A program made the translations under genes and the position numbers. From Hyaloraphidium curvatum SAG 235-1 (taxonomy: Eukaryota; Fungi; Monoblepharomycota): a stretch of DNA of 64,000 bases. Below are positions 45,354-54,933 of this stretch, piece by piece. The stretch is taken from positions 682,001-746,000 of the forward strand of contig JAIVFI010000012.1 in assembly GCA_025558095.1 (NCBI GenBank), written 5' to 3'. Below the pieces are notes generated by a model that was not told the origin of the DNA, ran no database searches, and saw only the letters and a program-made list of their open reading frames with translations. How positions within the stretch are numbered: position 1 is the first letter of the stretch; each line of letters opens with the position of its first letter.

Positions 45354-46250
45354 ATGGACCCTGCATCAGCAGAAAGCGGCTCGAACGCCCTGCCGCCGCC
45401 GCAGGCGTGCCTCGCGTCGCTCCCGCCCGAGCTGCTCCCCGCCGTCGCTGCACCCGCTGGGGCGCCGGGATCTCGCCCGCTGCGCCGCAACCTGCCGCGC
45501 ACTGCACGCCGCCGCGATGCCTCTACTGCTACGCGCCCTGCGGCCCGTGCGACGAGACTTCCCGCTCTTCGAACGCGTGCTCAAGAACCGGCTCCTCGCG
45601 GACATGGTGCGCGAGCTCGATTTGGACGGCGGGCTGGGACAAAAGGACATGGCGTGGTGCCTGCGCGTCTTTCGGAGGATCAGGCAGCTGCGCGTCGAGT
45701 TGGCTTGGAACTGCATCCCCGCGCCGGATGCCCTGCGGGGCATCGAGGGCCTTGAACACCTGGAGCTGGGGTTCCGCGACCACGGCGGCGACGTCTTTCT
45801 GGCTGCGGCGATTTTTCCTCCATCGCTGCGGAGTCTTGCTATAAAGGTGGCACCTTGGGTCACGCAGGCGCCGCCGGAAGGATTGCTGCGGCGGATCGAG
45901 GAGGGGTCCCCGCGGCTGGATTCGCTCTCGTTCGCACTCGTCACGAGCGACAGCAGGCCGCAATCTTTGTTCCTGAAGCGGCTGGAGAGGATCATCAGGG
46001 CCTCGTGGGGAAGCTCGAGGCACTCACAAGCGGTGCGGCCGCGTTGCCGAGAGAGCTGGTCGAGCACGCGCTGTTCGCTCCGAGGACGCTGGAACTGCAC
46101 TTTTCCCACGGGGAAATTGTCCCCGATTGGCTCCTCGCGAGGCCGGCCCACTGCACCGGATCCGCGACTATCCAACGGCAGGGCGGCGCACCCCCACACG
46201 TACTGCCGATTCTGGGCGGGTTGCCCCATGCCGCCGGGCCGCCTCGTATC
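45354..46250 (+). pseudogene. Frameshifted F-box/LRR paralog of 51127-52344
   Basis: Near-identical LASLPPELLP, LGRRDLARCAATCRAL and LDGGLGQKDM blocks, with frameshifts near 45445 and 46000. Confidence 0.75.
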
Positions 46251-46406
46251 AGGCTCCTCAGACGGCAAACTCCTGACGTACCGCCTGCTACTACACCGAG
46301 TCCGCCACCAAGTGCAACATGAGGGACCCCGCGGACCCACAACGACGAGGTATCATTCAGAGGCGTTCATCGTTCGCGCCTGTACAGAACACCGCCGGCA
46401 ATCGAT

Positions 46407-47573
46407 TCACTCCCCATAGAACACCGACTCGGTTTCCTCGACATACTCCCAGTACCCAGTTCGCCGCAGCTCCTGCGCCAGATGGCCGTCCATGCCGACG
46501 TGACCCGCCCTCTCCCTCCAGTAATCCACCCCCTTCCGCAGCTTGTCCCGCTCTTCCTCGCCGAAGATCAGCGGACCCGGATTGGCCAGGCAGAGGATCT
46601 CGATGCTGAACCGCAGGTGCTGGTTCCTCTGCAACCAGTCGAGCAGCTTCAGGTGTCCCGAGCGTCCCAGCTCCAGCGCCGAGACCTCGAGGCGATCGCT
46701 GCGCACCTCGGCCAGCGAAGGCGGCGGGTTGAACGAGACCAGCACGTGCGATCCGAGCGATGCGACCTCGAGGGCGGAAACGGAGGGGAGCCTGGTGCCG
46801 GCGCGTGCGTCCGCGACGAACGACTCGACCTGGGCGGGCCCGCAGTACGTCTTCGACAGGATGACCCTTCGGGGGCGGAAGTCGGGCTCGCTGTAAAGAA
46901 CCTCTGCTGTTGGTGCATTGTAGTGCTAGCCCGTAACCCTGGAGAGGGCGTCCCGGTTGTTGCGGCACCAGTTCGTTGCGACGACCGAGGTGAGCTTCAG
47001 ATCGACCTGCTCCACGGCCGATGCTCCGGCGACGAGGTCGCGGAACGCGGTGCTGAGCCTCTCGGGATTCATCGCGGTGTACCTGAGCTTCCGAAGTTTG
47101 GGAAAGGCGAAGGTCGATTGCACCAGGGGCCCGTCGGGTTCGCGGAGTCCGAGATGCGTGACCTCGAGCTCTTCGAGGGAGCCCGGTAGACCTTGGAGAA
47201 CCGCGCGGATGACTGCATCTTCTTTGAACTGAAATGATGCCGAAACCAGGTTGGTGGCTTCCGACAGGAGCTCCCGCAAAGGCGCGTGTAAGTAATGAAC
47301 GGCGCCCAAGGGCGCGCAGGCGGTGTAAAGGCTTCGCGCGTGGACGAGAAAACCGTGTTAATTCCAGAACGACACCCTCTCGTTCAGGGGAGCCATCTGA
47401 CCCCGCCACCGGTGCGCGAAGTGCGTGAAAAGGAGGCGCGCGAGCATGGCCAAGGAACCGCGCGAGGCGCAGGCGCGCTCGAGCTGCGAGCGGCGCGGGA
47501 GGAAGTCGGCCACGCGGTAGAGGACTTCGGGAGGAAGCAGAGATCGTTCTTCTTGGTACGCCGGGGTCTCCAT
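46407..47573 (-). pseudogene. Frameshifted F-box/LRR paralog of 52361-53632
   Basis: LPPEVLYRVADFLPRRSQLERACASRG vs FPPEILYRIAEFLPHRRQSEFARASRG. The coding sequence is split over several frames. Confidence 0.7.
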
Positions 47574-48020
47574 GGCCGGTGAGGATGAGCGGAGGAGCAG
47601 TCGATGCCCGGGGGCTTTCACACGCGCCAGCTGTCACCCCGGGCACAACATTGTCCCCCCGAGGTTCCAAATGGCCATCCTCGAGGCTGCTATAGGGCTC
47701 TACGCTCCAGTGCAGCCCGGCACGGATCCTTTGCACCTGCTCGGAAGCCGGCAGAAGGTTCCTCCGGTCTCGGAATCGCTCGCAGATTGTCCCCGGCGCG
47801 ACCTGTTCGACCAGCTGCCCGGGCTTGCGGAGTACAGGCGCGCAAGTGTTGTGAAAGCACTTAGAGAGCCTGGAGAGTTCCCGCGGGGGACCAGGGGCTA
47901 GGCGACCACGTACGTTCCCACAACGACTTCTATCGATATCAATGCGCACGCGTGCGACCTAGGCGATCCAATCCCATATCCATCCCAAATACGACCTACA
48001 GCTGGAGCCAAGGAGCGTGA

Positions 48021-48790
48021 TCAGGCTTCCCTGCAGCACCCGCCGATGTTTCCCACCCCCCCCGGCCCAGCGAGCCCGCAATTTCCCGAGCCGGATCCCA
48101 CGACCCCGGTCGAGGTGTCGCACGCCGGCGGATCCCCTGACGTGAACACAGCCATCTCGGTCGTCTTGCCGTCGACGACGCAGACCTTCATGACGTTGCA
48201 CCACGAGTCCATCTGCGCGCGTGGCAGGCAGCACCCCATGTTGCAGCTCCCGGTCGACGACTCGGTGCCCTCCGCAAGGGGCAGGCCGGTGGCCCAGTCG
48301 CAGGCGATCCAGCTGTCTACGCCGGCGTTGCACTGCCTGGAGCCGGGGTATTCCGTAGCTTCGCAGAGTGGGTTCGGGCCGGTGTCGTAGCGCTTGTATA
48401 GGGCGCGGGTGTCAAGAGCCCCAACGCAGGCGACAGTGTTGAGGGGAGCACCAGGGTAGGCGAAGTCGCCTAAGGGGGGAAGGGGCAGACATGTCAGGCC
48501 TTCGTCCGCCGCCGGTCAGGCGGGTCCCTCCCACAGAAGTGCTCCGGGTTGCAGTCCGCGCAGCTGCGCCGGAACACGATGGACACGGGGGCGTTGGCGT
48601 CGCTTCCCTTGAGCGGCCTGCAACGTGGGCGTGAGAGAAGCGGATCCGACGCGGTGGGGGATGCGGTACGGTTGGGGGACGGGAATCGAGGGTCAGCTCG
48701 CGCGCAGGAGAGTGACCCCGCAACTTGCCTCGCGACGGCAGCTCCAACGAGCGCCAATGTGGCAGCGGCGAAGAGCAGGAGGCCGTGCAT
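48021..48790 (-). CDS. Small secreted Cys-rich protein (spliced)
   Basis: Signal MHGLLLFAAATLALVGAAVA, more than 12 Cys, ending GGCCREA*. Confidence 0.6.
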
Positions 48791-49469
48791 TGCGACAACT
48801 TGTTTTCTGGTGGATTGCGGACGTCCCTCAACGCACGGCCACCGTTTTTCCTGAGCTCGAAGGGAAACAACCCCAGCCTCCGCGATCGGGCTGCGGAACG
48901 GCCATCGCGTTGCTCGTTTCGCACCCAGCTTTAGGCAAGCATTTCGGAAAGCAGAACCAGGTCGGTTTCCAGCTCCGCGGTGAATGCGTGAGCGGCAAAC
49001 TTTTCGCCAGTTGGTGGCCGTGCCAATTTCGAGGATCCGGTCAGGGGGAGAGCACTCGGAAAAACGGTCCGCAAAGCCCGTCGGGTCGGCCAGAGGCTTT
49101 TGTGCCGCAGTTGAAGCCTTTATCTACCCTGACGTTGGCCTACCGGCCCCCCTGCCATGCCCTAGCCCGACCGTAGCCCTGCCGTATACCCCCCAGCCCA
49201 TACCTCCTCGCCCCAGCCGACCCCGGCCGTCGTTTGCATAAGCCCGGCCCTCTCCACGACTTCTGTAGCGTCCAGCGGCGGCAGCGAGGCCGGCCGATCG
49301 TCGTTCCTCGTGCGGGGTGGATCGGCACGACGCCTCCGCAATATTGCGAGTTGGCAGAGGGGCAGATGGGTGGTCGGACCCGACCCGCTGCCACCCCTCA
49401 TCGTTCCCCGCCCGCCGCGTGCGGTGCATTCACCGCACAGAAAGGTGTTCCATTCCACACGACCGCGGC

Positions 49470-51086
49470 TCACGAGCCGGCGCGGCAAGCAAAGTCCATG
49501 GTCGCCGTGATCCCGAGCCCCCTGACGATGCTCCACAGCCCGACCACGAGCGTGACCAGCGTGACCACCACCACGGTCCTCACGACATCGTAATCGACCG
49601 CAAACCCGAGGAACCTCCCCCGGAACCTCGCCACATCGGCGTACGAGGCGAGCACGGCGTCGTGCCGGCGGATGTCGGCGGCGAGCCCGGTGCCGCGGAC
49701 CACGGGCAGCTCGCGGATCTCGCGCTGCGCTTCGAGGTACAGGTCGCGGATGGAGGTCACCTGGGCGTTGGAGGCGGCGAGGGAGATGAGGTCGATGAGG
49801 GCGTGGCTGAGCAGCACGTTGGCGAGGTATGCAAGGTAGAAGGCGGGAACACACAACCCCGCGATCTGGAAACGCGGCGTGAGAACTCGAGAATAGAGCC
49901 ACTCGTTCCGTTGGGGTCTCACGATGTTGATGAGAGCCAAAACAACCGCCCCGAATGACGAGAACAGGGTCAACCTCGAGAAGCTGAAACTGGATATCCT
50001 CGTCCTCCAAACCGCCGTGAAGACGGCATGGAGCTCCGCGTACGGCTCGTCCGACACCGGCTCGCCGAGACGCGAAGCACCGGAGCGGAGGCGGAGGAGC
50101 AGATCCGCCAGGGCGAGCTTCATGGTCTTGTGTGCGACGCGCTCCGACAGCCTGAAGGTGCCGACATTCCCGGGGAAGCGGCAGATCGGGTTCACGTTGT
50201 GGCCAGCCAGACAGAGAACGGCGAATGCTCCGAGCGCAGCGGACCACGGAGTCGTCCAGAATTCACTCGCGAGGGTTACGACGGGGGTCCAGATCATCAT
50301 GAGCCCCATGCCGGTCATGAGAACCACCCTGAAGGAAGCCTCGAGGATCCGCAGCCAGGCAATGGCGCGGCCCAGGCCACCGGCGCATCCGGGAAGGCTG
50401 CAAGGACAGAGAGGATCGTTCGGATCGTGCGCGAGGAGCAGGAAACGCTCCGATTTCCCGGACCGCACAACGAGCTCCGTCCACCGTGCGAGGCCGGCGA
50501 GAGGGAACGCGTCGAGCAGCCCGGAACCGGATCGGGGCCGCGCGCCGAGCGCCCGGCGGTAGATGTCGAACGAAGGGTTGACGAGGAGGATCTGCGCCGC
50601 AAAGGCGAGCCACGTCGCATAGCCGATGGCGAGCTCCTTCGTGGCGAACAGGTCGCCGCGGAAGGCCCAAGTTGCCGAAACGGCGGCAGCCAGCCCTATG
50701 AAGACAACTGCGCTGCGCTCCAGGCTCCGGGCGGCAAACGGGGTCAACCACAGCTGCAGTGCCGTGATCGAGCGCAGGGCCGGCTGGGCGGCCAATCCCG
50801 CCAGCAGCTCCTTCTTGCCGAGCGGTCGGGCAATTCGGAGCCGCTCCGCACGATCTGGCGGCGGCGGGATTCCGGAGAAGGAGGGGACGAGCGCCGGGAA
50901 CGACGGCACCACGGCGAGGTACTCGGGCGGCGTCACGATGAAGCTCCCTTTGCCGTCCGCGTCCGCCGGGGCCTCTGCCGCGTTTAGTATGTCCACGACG
51001 ACGGCTCTGTCGCCGGTGCCGTGCTCGGGGGCCTCCAGGTGACACTGTGCACTATGCGAGGAAACGTCGGCGGAATCGCGGTCCAT
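49470..51086 (-). CDS. 7TM family member 6 (intact, with an in-frame intron at 49866-49922)
   Basis: HDPNDPLCPCSLPGC and RGRFLGFAVDYDVVRTVVVVTLVTLVVGLWSIVRGLG. Confidence 0.85.
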   Translation of the reverse strand: MDRDSADVSSHSAQCHLEAPEHGTGDRAVVVDILNAAEAPADADGKGSFIVTPPEYLAVVPSFPALVPSFSGIPPPPDRAERLRIARPLGKKELLAGLAAQPALRSITALQLWLTPFAARSLERSAVVFIGLAAAVSATWAFRGDLFATKELAIGYATWLAFAAQILLVNPSFDIYRRALGARPRSGSGLLDAFPLAGLARWTELVVRSGKSERFLLLAHDPNDPLCPCSLPGCAGGLGRAIAWLRILEASFRVVLMTGMGLMMIWTPVVTLASEFWTTPWSAALGAFAVLCLAGHNVNPICRFPGNVGTFRLSERVAHKTMKLALADLLLRLRSGASRLGEPVSDEPYAELHAVFTAVWRTRISSFSFSRLTLFSSFGAVVLALINIVRPQRNEWLYSRVLTPRFQIAGLCVPAFYLAYLANVLLSHALIDLISLAASNAQVTSIRDLYLEAQREIRELPVVRGTGLAADIRRHDAVLASYADVARFRGRFLGFAVDYDVVRTVVVVTLVTLVVGLWSIVRGLGITATMDFACRAGS

Positions 51087-51126
51087 CTCGCCGCGCCAAG
51101 GATCCCGACGCCTCGAAGACACGGCA

Positions 51127-52344
51127 ATGGAATTCGAAACTGACGCCGCGGCCCCGACAGGTGCTTCCCCCGCGAGCCTCGCGTCGCTTCCGCCCGAGCT
51201 GCTCCCCGCCGTCCTGCGCCCGCTGGGCCGCCGCGACCTCGCCCGCTGCGCCGCAACCTGCCGTGCGCTCTACTCTGCCGCGATGGCGCTCCTGCTGCGG
51301 TCGCTGCGGCCCGTGCGGCGCGATTTCCCACTCTTCGAACGCGTGCTCGAAAAGACGCACCTCGCGGAAATGGTGCGCGAGCTCAGCCTGGACGGCGGGC
51401 TGGGACAAAAGGACATGTCGTGGTGCCTGCGCGCCTTTCGGAAGGTCAGGCGGCTGCGCGTCGAGCTGGCGAGGGACCGGGCGCCCGCGCCGGACGTGCT
51501 CCAAGGCCTGGAGGACCTGGAGGACCTCGAGCTGCGCTTCAGCGACCACGTGGGCAACGCGTTCCTCGCCGCTGTGGACTTTCCGCCGTTTCTGCGGAAG
51601 CTGGCGATAAGGATGGTGCGCTGGATCAACCACGAGCCGCCGGCGGAGGTGCTCGCGCGGATCGAGGAGATGTGCCCGAGGTTGGAAGCGCTCTCGCTGG
51701 CTCTCTTCCCGGACGGCGGCAGCAGTTTCCTGGAACGGATGGCGCGGGAGCATCCGGGCCTCGTGGGCAAGCTTGGCGTGCTCGAGGTCCCGCCGTCCGC
51801 CATCCCCCGGGCGCTGGCGTCGCACACGCTGTTCGCCCCGGCGGAGCTGGTGCTCCATTTCCCCCGGGCCGCCCGCGGGCAGGCCCCGTCGTCCGTCGCG
51901 CCCGCCTGGCTCTGGGACGCGGTCACCCGCCTGCGCTTTCGGCGGCTTGCCCTGCACGGCTTCCCGACCGCCTCCCTGCTGCGCGGTGTGCCGCGCACGG
52001 ACCTGCTGGTGCTAGCCGGGGACTTTGTTCCCTGCATCCCCGCATCCGATCTGCCCCGCGTCGTTGCAGGGATCGAATCCGCGGTGGGAAAGGTCGCCGT
52101 GGGTCCCTCGGTCCTGGACTCCGACCACGGTGGCGAGCGGGCCGCGTGGCGGCGTCTCGCCGCGCTGCCTCCAAGGACCGCGCCCCGGGCGATCAAGCTC
52201 GTCAAGCGCGATCGCCGGCCACCGCAGGCCGCTCCGCCGGCGCCATCACGGACCCGCATCTCCCGTGAGGATTCGGGCAATGCCACCGCGGGTCCGGGTC
52301 TCGGAAGGGCACCGAGGAAGATCTGGAAAGGGCGCGATGAATGA
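51127..52344 (+). CDS. F-box-like/LRR protein
   Basis: LASLPPELLPAVLRPLGRRDLARCAATCRAL followed by LxxLxL repeats. Confidence 0.8.
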   Translation: MEFETDAAAPTGASPASLASLPPELLPAVLRPLGRRDLARCAATCRALYSAAMALLLRSLRPVRRDFPLFERVLEKTHLAEMVRELSLDGGLGQKDMSWCLRAFRKVRRLRVELARDRAPAPDVLQGLEDLEDLELRFSDHVGNAFLAAVDFPPFLRKLAIRMVRWINHEPPAEVLARIEEMCPRLEALSLALFPDGGSSFLERMAREHPGLVGKLGVLEVPPSAIPRALASHTLFAPAELVLHFPRAARGQAPSSVAPAWLWDAVTRLRFRRLALHGFPTASLLRGVPRTDLLVLAGDFVPCIPASDLPRVVAGIESAVGKVAVGPSVLDSDHGGERAAWRRLAALPPRTAPRAIKLVKRDRRPPQAAPPAPSRTRISREDSGNATAGPGLGRAPRKIWKGRDE

Positions 52345-52360
52345 GGGGATCGGATTCAAT

Positions 52361-53632
52361 CTACAGGTCCGCGAAGTCGTCGTCGGAATCCTCGTAGTAC
52401 AAGAGGTCCTCCTCGCCGTCCTCGTCGTCGAAGAGGTCCGCGTCCGGCTCAACCCCGAACCGCACGCCATCTCCATCCAGATCGTCGCCGCCGAATCCTA
52501 CATCCGACTCGCCGTCTTCCGACTCTGCCCCCTCCTCGGGCTCGTCGGGCATCAGATCGGCCGCCCCCGGCGCGAGCACCTCGGCCAGCTCGGGCGTCAC
52601 CCGCACGACCCCGAGCTCCCCCATCCACGCTGCCACCTCCGCACGCAGGACCTCGACGTCATAGGGGCAAAGCCCCCGGGGCTTGCACAGCTCGCCGATC
52701 GTGATGCGGATGCCGGCGTCGTTCGGAACCAGCAGGTCGACCAGGTCGTCGCCGTGAGGGACGCGGAACAGCGTCGGGAGCAAGCGGTCGACAGTGAGAT
52801 CCTGCAGCGATGGCGGCATGCTGATGGTCACCAGCATATGGGAAGCGAGCTCCGAAAAGCGGAGCGAGGTGACGGAGGGCAGCTTGCTGATCGCTTCGAA
52901 GCTCTTCTTGCCAATCCGGGCCCCGTCCGTCTTGATGATCCTCCTCGGACGGAAATCGGGCGTGCCGCAGAGGAACGCAAAGGTGGCGTCGTCGAGCAAA
53001 TGCCACGTCGTCACCCGGCAACGGACCATCTTCGCCCCCGCGAAGAAGAGGCCGTGATGGTTGCTGCCGTCCAGGGACACCTCCAGATCCTCGAGCTCGT
53101 CGCTGTGCGCGATGATGTCAGCCAGCACCCGGGACATCGCTCCGAGCTTCTCGCCGCGGTACGCCAACGTCCGCAGGGCGGGGAACTCGAAGGGCTGGGA
53201 ATCGTTCCGCCACGAACCGCGGTCCAGCACCTCGAGTTGAGTGACCGAGCGGGGCACGGCACGAAGGACTGCACGCAGGGCGGCTTCGTCCTCGAAATCG
53301 AGGGAAGCCGACCGGAGATCCTGCAGCTCGGCGAGCAAACGCTTGACGACGTCGACGCCTTCGGCGGTCCGCGCGCCGCAGTCCGTCCGTACGCTCTTCA
53401 CGCACGCAAGCCACCCGCGGCGTCGCCAGTCCTCCATGCGGTCGAGCAGAGAGACGGCGAAGGAGCGCATGTGCACGAAGCGCGAGAAGGCGAGCGGGGT
53501 GAGGAGCGCCAGCGCGCCGCGGGACGCGCGGGCAAACTCGGACTGGCGGCGGTGCGGGAGGAACTCGGCGATGCGGTAGAGGATTTCGGGAGGGAAGACG
53601 GGCTCCGCGACGGTCGCTTTGGTTGGCTCCAT
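52361..53632 (-). CDS. F-box-like/LRR protein with an acidic tail
   Basis: FPPEILYRIAEFL, leucine-rich repeats, and a D/E-rich C-terminus. Confidence 0.8.
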   Translation of the reverse strand: MEPTKATVAEPVFPPEILYRIAEFLPHRRQSEFARASRGALALLTPLAFSRFVHMRSFAVSLLDRMEDWRRRGWLACVKSVRTDCGARTAEGVDVVKRLLAELQDLRSASLDFEDEAALRAVLRAVPRSVTQLEVLDRGSWRNDSQPFEFPALRTLAYRGEKLGAMSRVLADIIAHSDELEDLEVSLDGSNHHGLFFAGAKMVRCRVTTWHLLDDATFAFLCGTPDFRPRRIIKTDGARIGKKSFEAISKLPSVTSLRFSELASHMLVTISMPPSLQDLTVDRLLPTLFRVPHGDDLVDLLVPNDAGIRITIGELCKPRGLCPYDVEVLRAEVAAWMGELGVVRVTPELAEVLAPGAADLMPDEPEEGAESEDGESDVGFGGDDLDGDGVRFGVEPDADLFDDEDGEEDLLYYEDSDDDFADL

Positions 53633-53740
53633 CGGTGTTTTCGTGTTCGGATGGAGGTGACGAGTCGGTCGCTCGCCAGGTCTGAGTGGCTTCTCCAGAC
53701 GACAGCCGACTCTACCCACACTCGTGCCTTGAACGCACCG

Positions 53741-54898
53741 ATGCAAGCCCTTCCTCTAGCCGCCGAGCCCTTCACCGACGACAATATCGTCGCCGCCGAT
53801 GCCTCGCCGGTGGCGAGGGTCGCCGGCATCCCCGAGCTGCTCCGCCTCATCGCCAGCTGGTGCCCCTCCGGGTCGCGCACGCTGCTCAACCTGTGCCTCA
53901 TGTCGCGGGACTCGTACTCATCGGTGCTTCCGGTGCTCATGGAGACGGTCACCCCGGACTTTCGGACGGAGGAGCAGTTCGAGGCCTTCCTGGGCGACTC
54001 GCAAGGAACGAACCGCCACGGCCTCGTCCGCGGACTGGACGCCTTGTGCGTGAGGGAGCCGTACAAGCTCAGCGCAATGATACCCCTATGTCGCAATCTC
54101 AGGACCCTGACGCTGGATTCGGGTGCTCTTTCCGACGAGCTGGTGGCGCTCATTTCTGAAGTCGCCGGAGAGCTCGACGAGCTGGTGCTCGTGGTGTGGG
54201 CCTGGCCTGGGGAGACCTTTGATCTTCTGCGAGGCATGCGCAGGGTCAGTCGGCTCGAGTTCCGGTGCGCATCCCGCGGTATCCGCGTTCCCGAAAATGC
54301 CGCGCTCCCTGAGGTGTTGGAATCATTCGACATCGTTGATCTATCCGAAAACTGGATTCGGTTCTCTTGGGAAGGGTTCGGAATCCTTCTGCGGTTGATC
54401 GATGGTTGTTCCAGCTTGAAAGACTGGGGGCTGTGGTTCGAGGTTACGGCAGAGGACCTTGAACCCTTTCCAGCAGCCACATCGAAGCTTCGGAGGGTCA
54501 CCGTTTCCGCACTTTACGCGATGGATCTGCTGAAGCTTCCGGGGCTCGACCCGTTAGTCATTCACGTCTCAGGGTATCTCCCGGACGAGCATAAGGAAGA
54601 GGTTTTCCGGGCGATCGGGGAGCTCAAGTCTCTCGTCAACGTCATCGTAGCGACGGATGAAGTAGCAGACCTCGTCTCGCTCGTCGAAAGCTGCCTGCGT
54701 CTCCCCGACATCCAGGAGATGAACATCATATATCACGGAACGGAACTGCTCCGGAAATCCAAGGTACAGCCACGGCTGCGCGAGTTGCTGGGTCGTCCGC
54801 ATTCTCGGGTTACGATCCGCGTCTTTGGGCTGCTACAAGACGATTTTGCCGAGTTGGACGCATGGAAGGCAATGCCGCGGGTTACCATTGACACTTAG
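53741..54898 (+). CDS. F-box-like/LRR protein
   Basis: IPELLRLIASW...TLLNLCLMSR followed by CRNLRTLTL-type repeats. Confidence 0.8.
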   Translation: MQALPLAAEPFTDDNIVAADASPVARVAGIPELLRLIASWCPSGSRTLLNLCLMSRDSYSSVLPVLMETVTPDFRTEEQFEAFLGDSQGTNRHGLVRGLDALCVREPYKLSAMIPLCRNLRTLTLDSGALSDELVALISEVAGELDELVLVVWAWPGETFDLLRGMRRVSRLEFRCASRGIRVPENAALPEVLESFDIVDLSENWIRFSWEGFGILLRLIDGCSSLKDWGLWFEVTAEDLEPFPAATSKLRRVTVSALYAMDLLKLPGLDPLVIHVSGYLPDEHKEEVFRAIGELKSLVNVIVATDEVADLVSLVESCLRLPDIQEMNIIYHGTELLRKSKVQPRLRELLGRPHSRVTIRVFGLLQDDFAELDAWKAMPRVTIDT

Positions 54899-54933
54899 AA
54901 CACGTTGAGCGGCATTGCGAATACTGAGATGGT

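Noticed and set aside
52025-53740. 957-aa ORF treated as one protein
   Set aside because: The 5' part is the antisense shadow of the 52361-53632 gene. The real gene most likely starts at ATG 53741.
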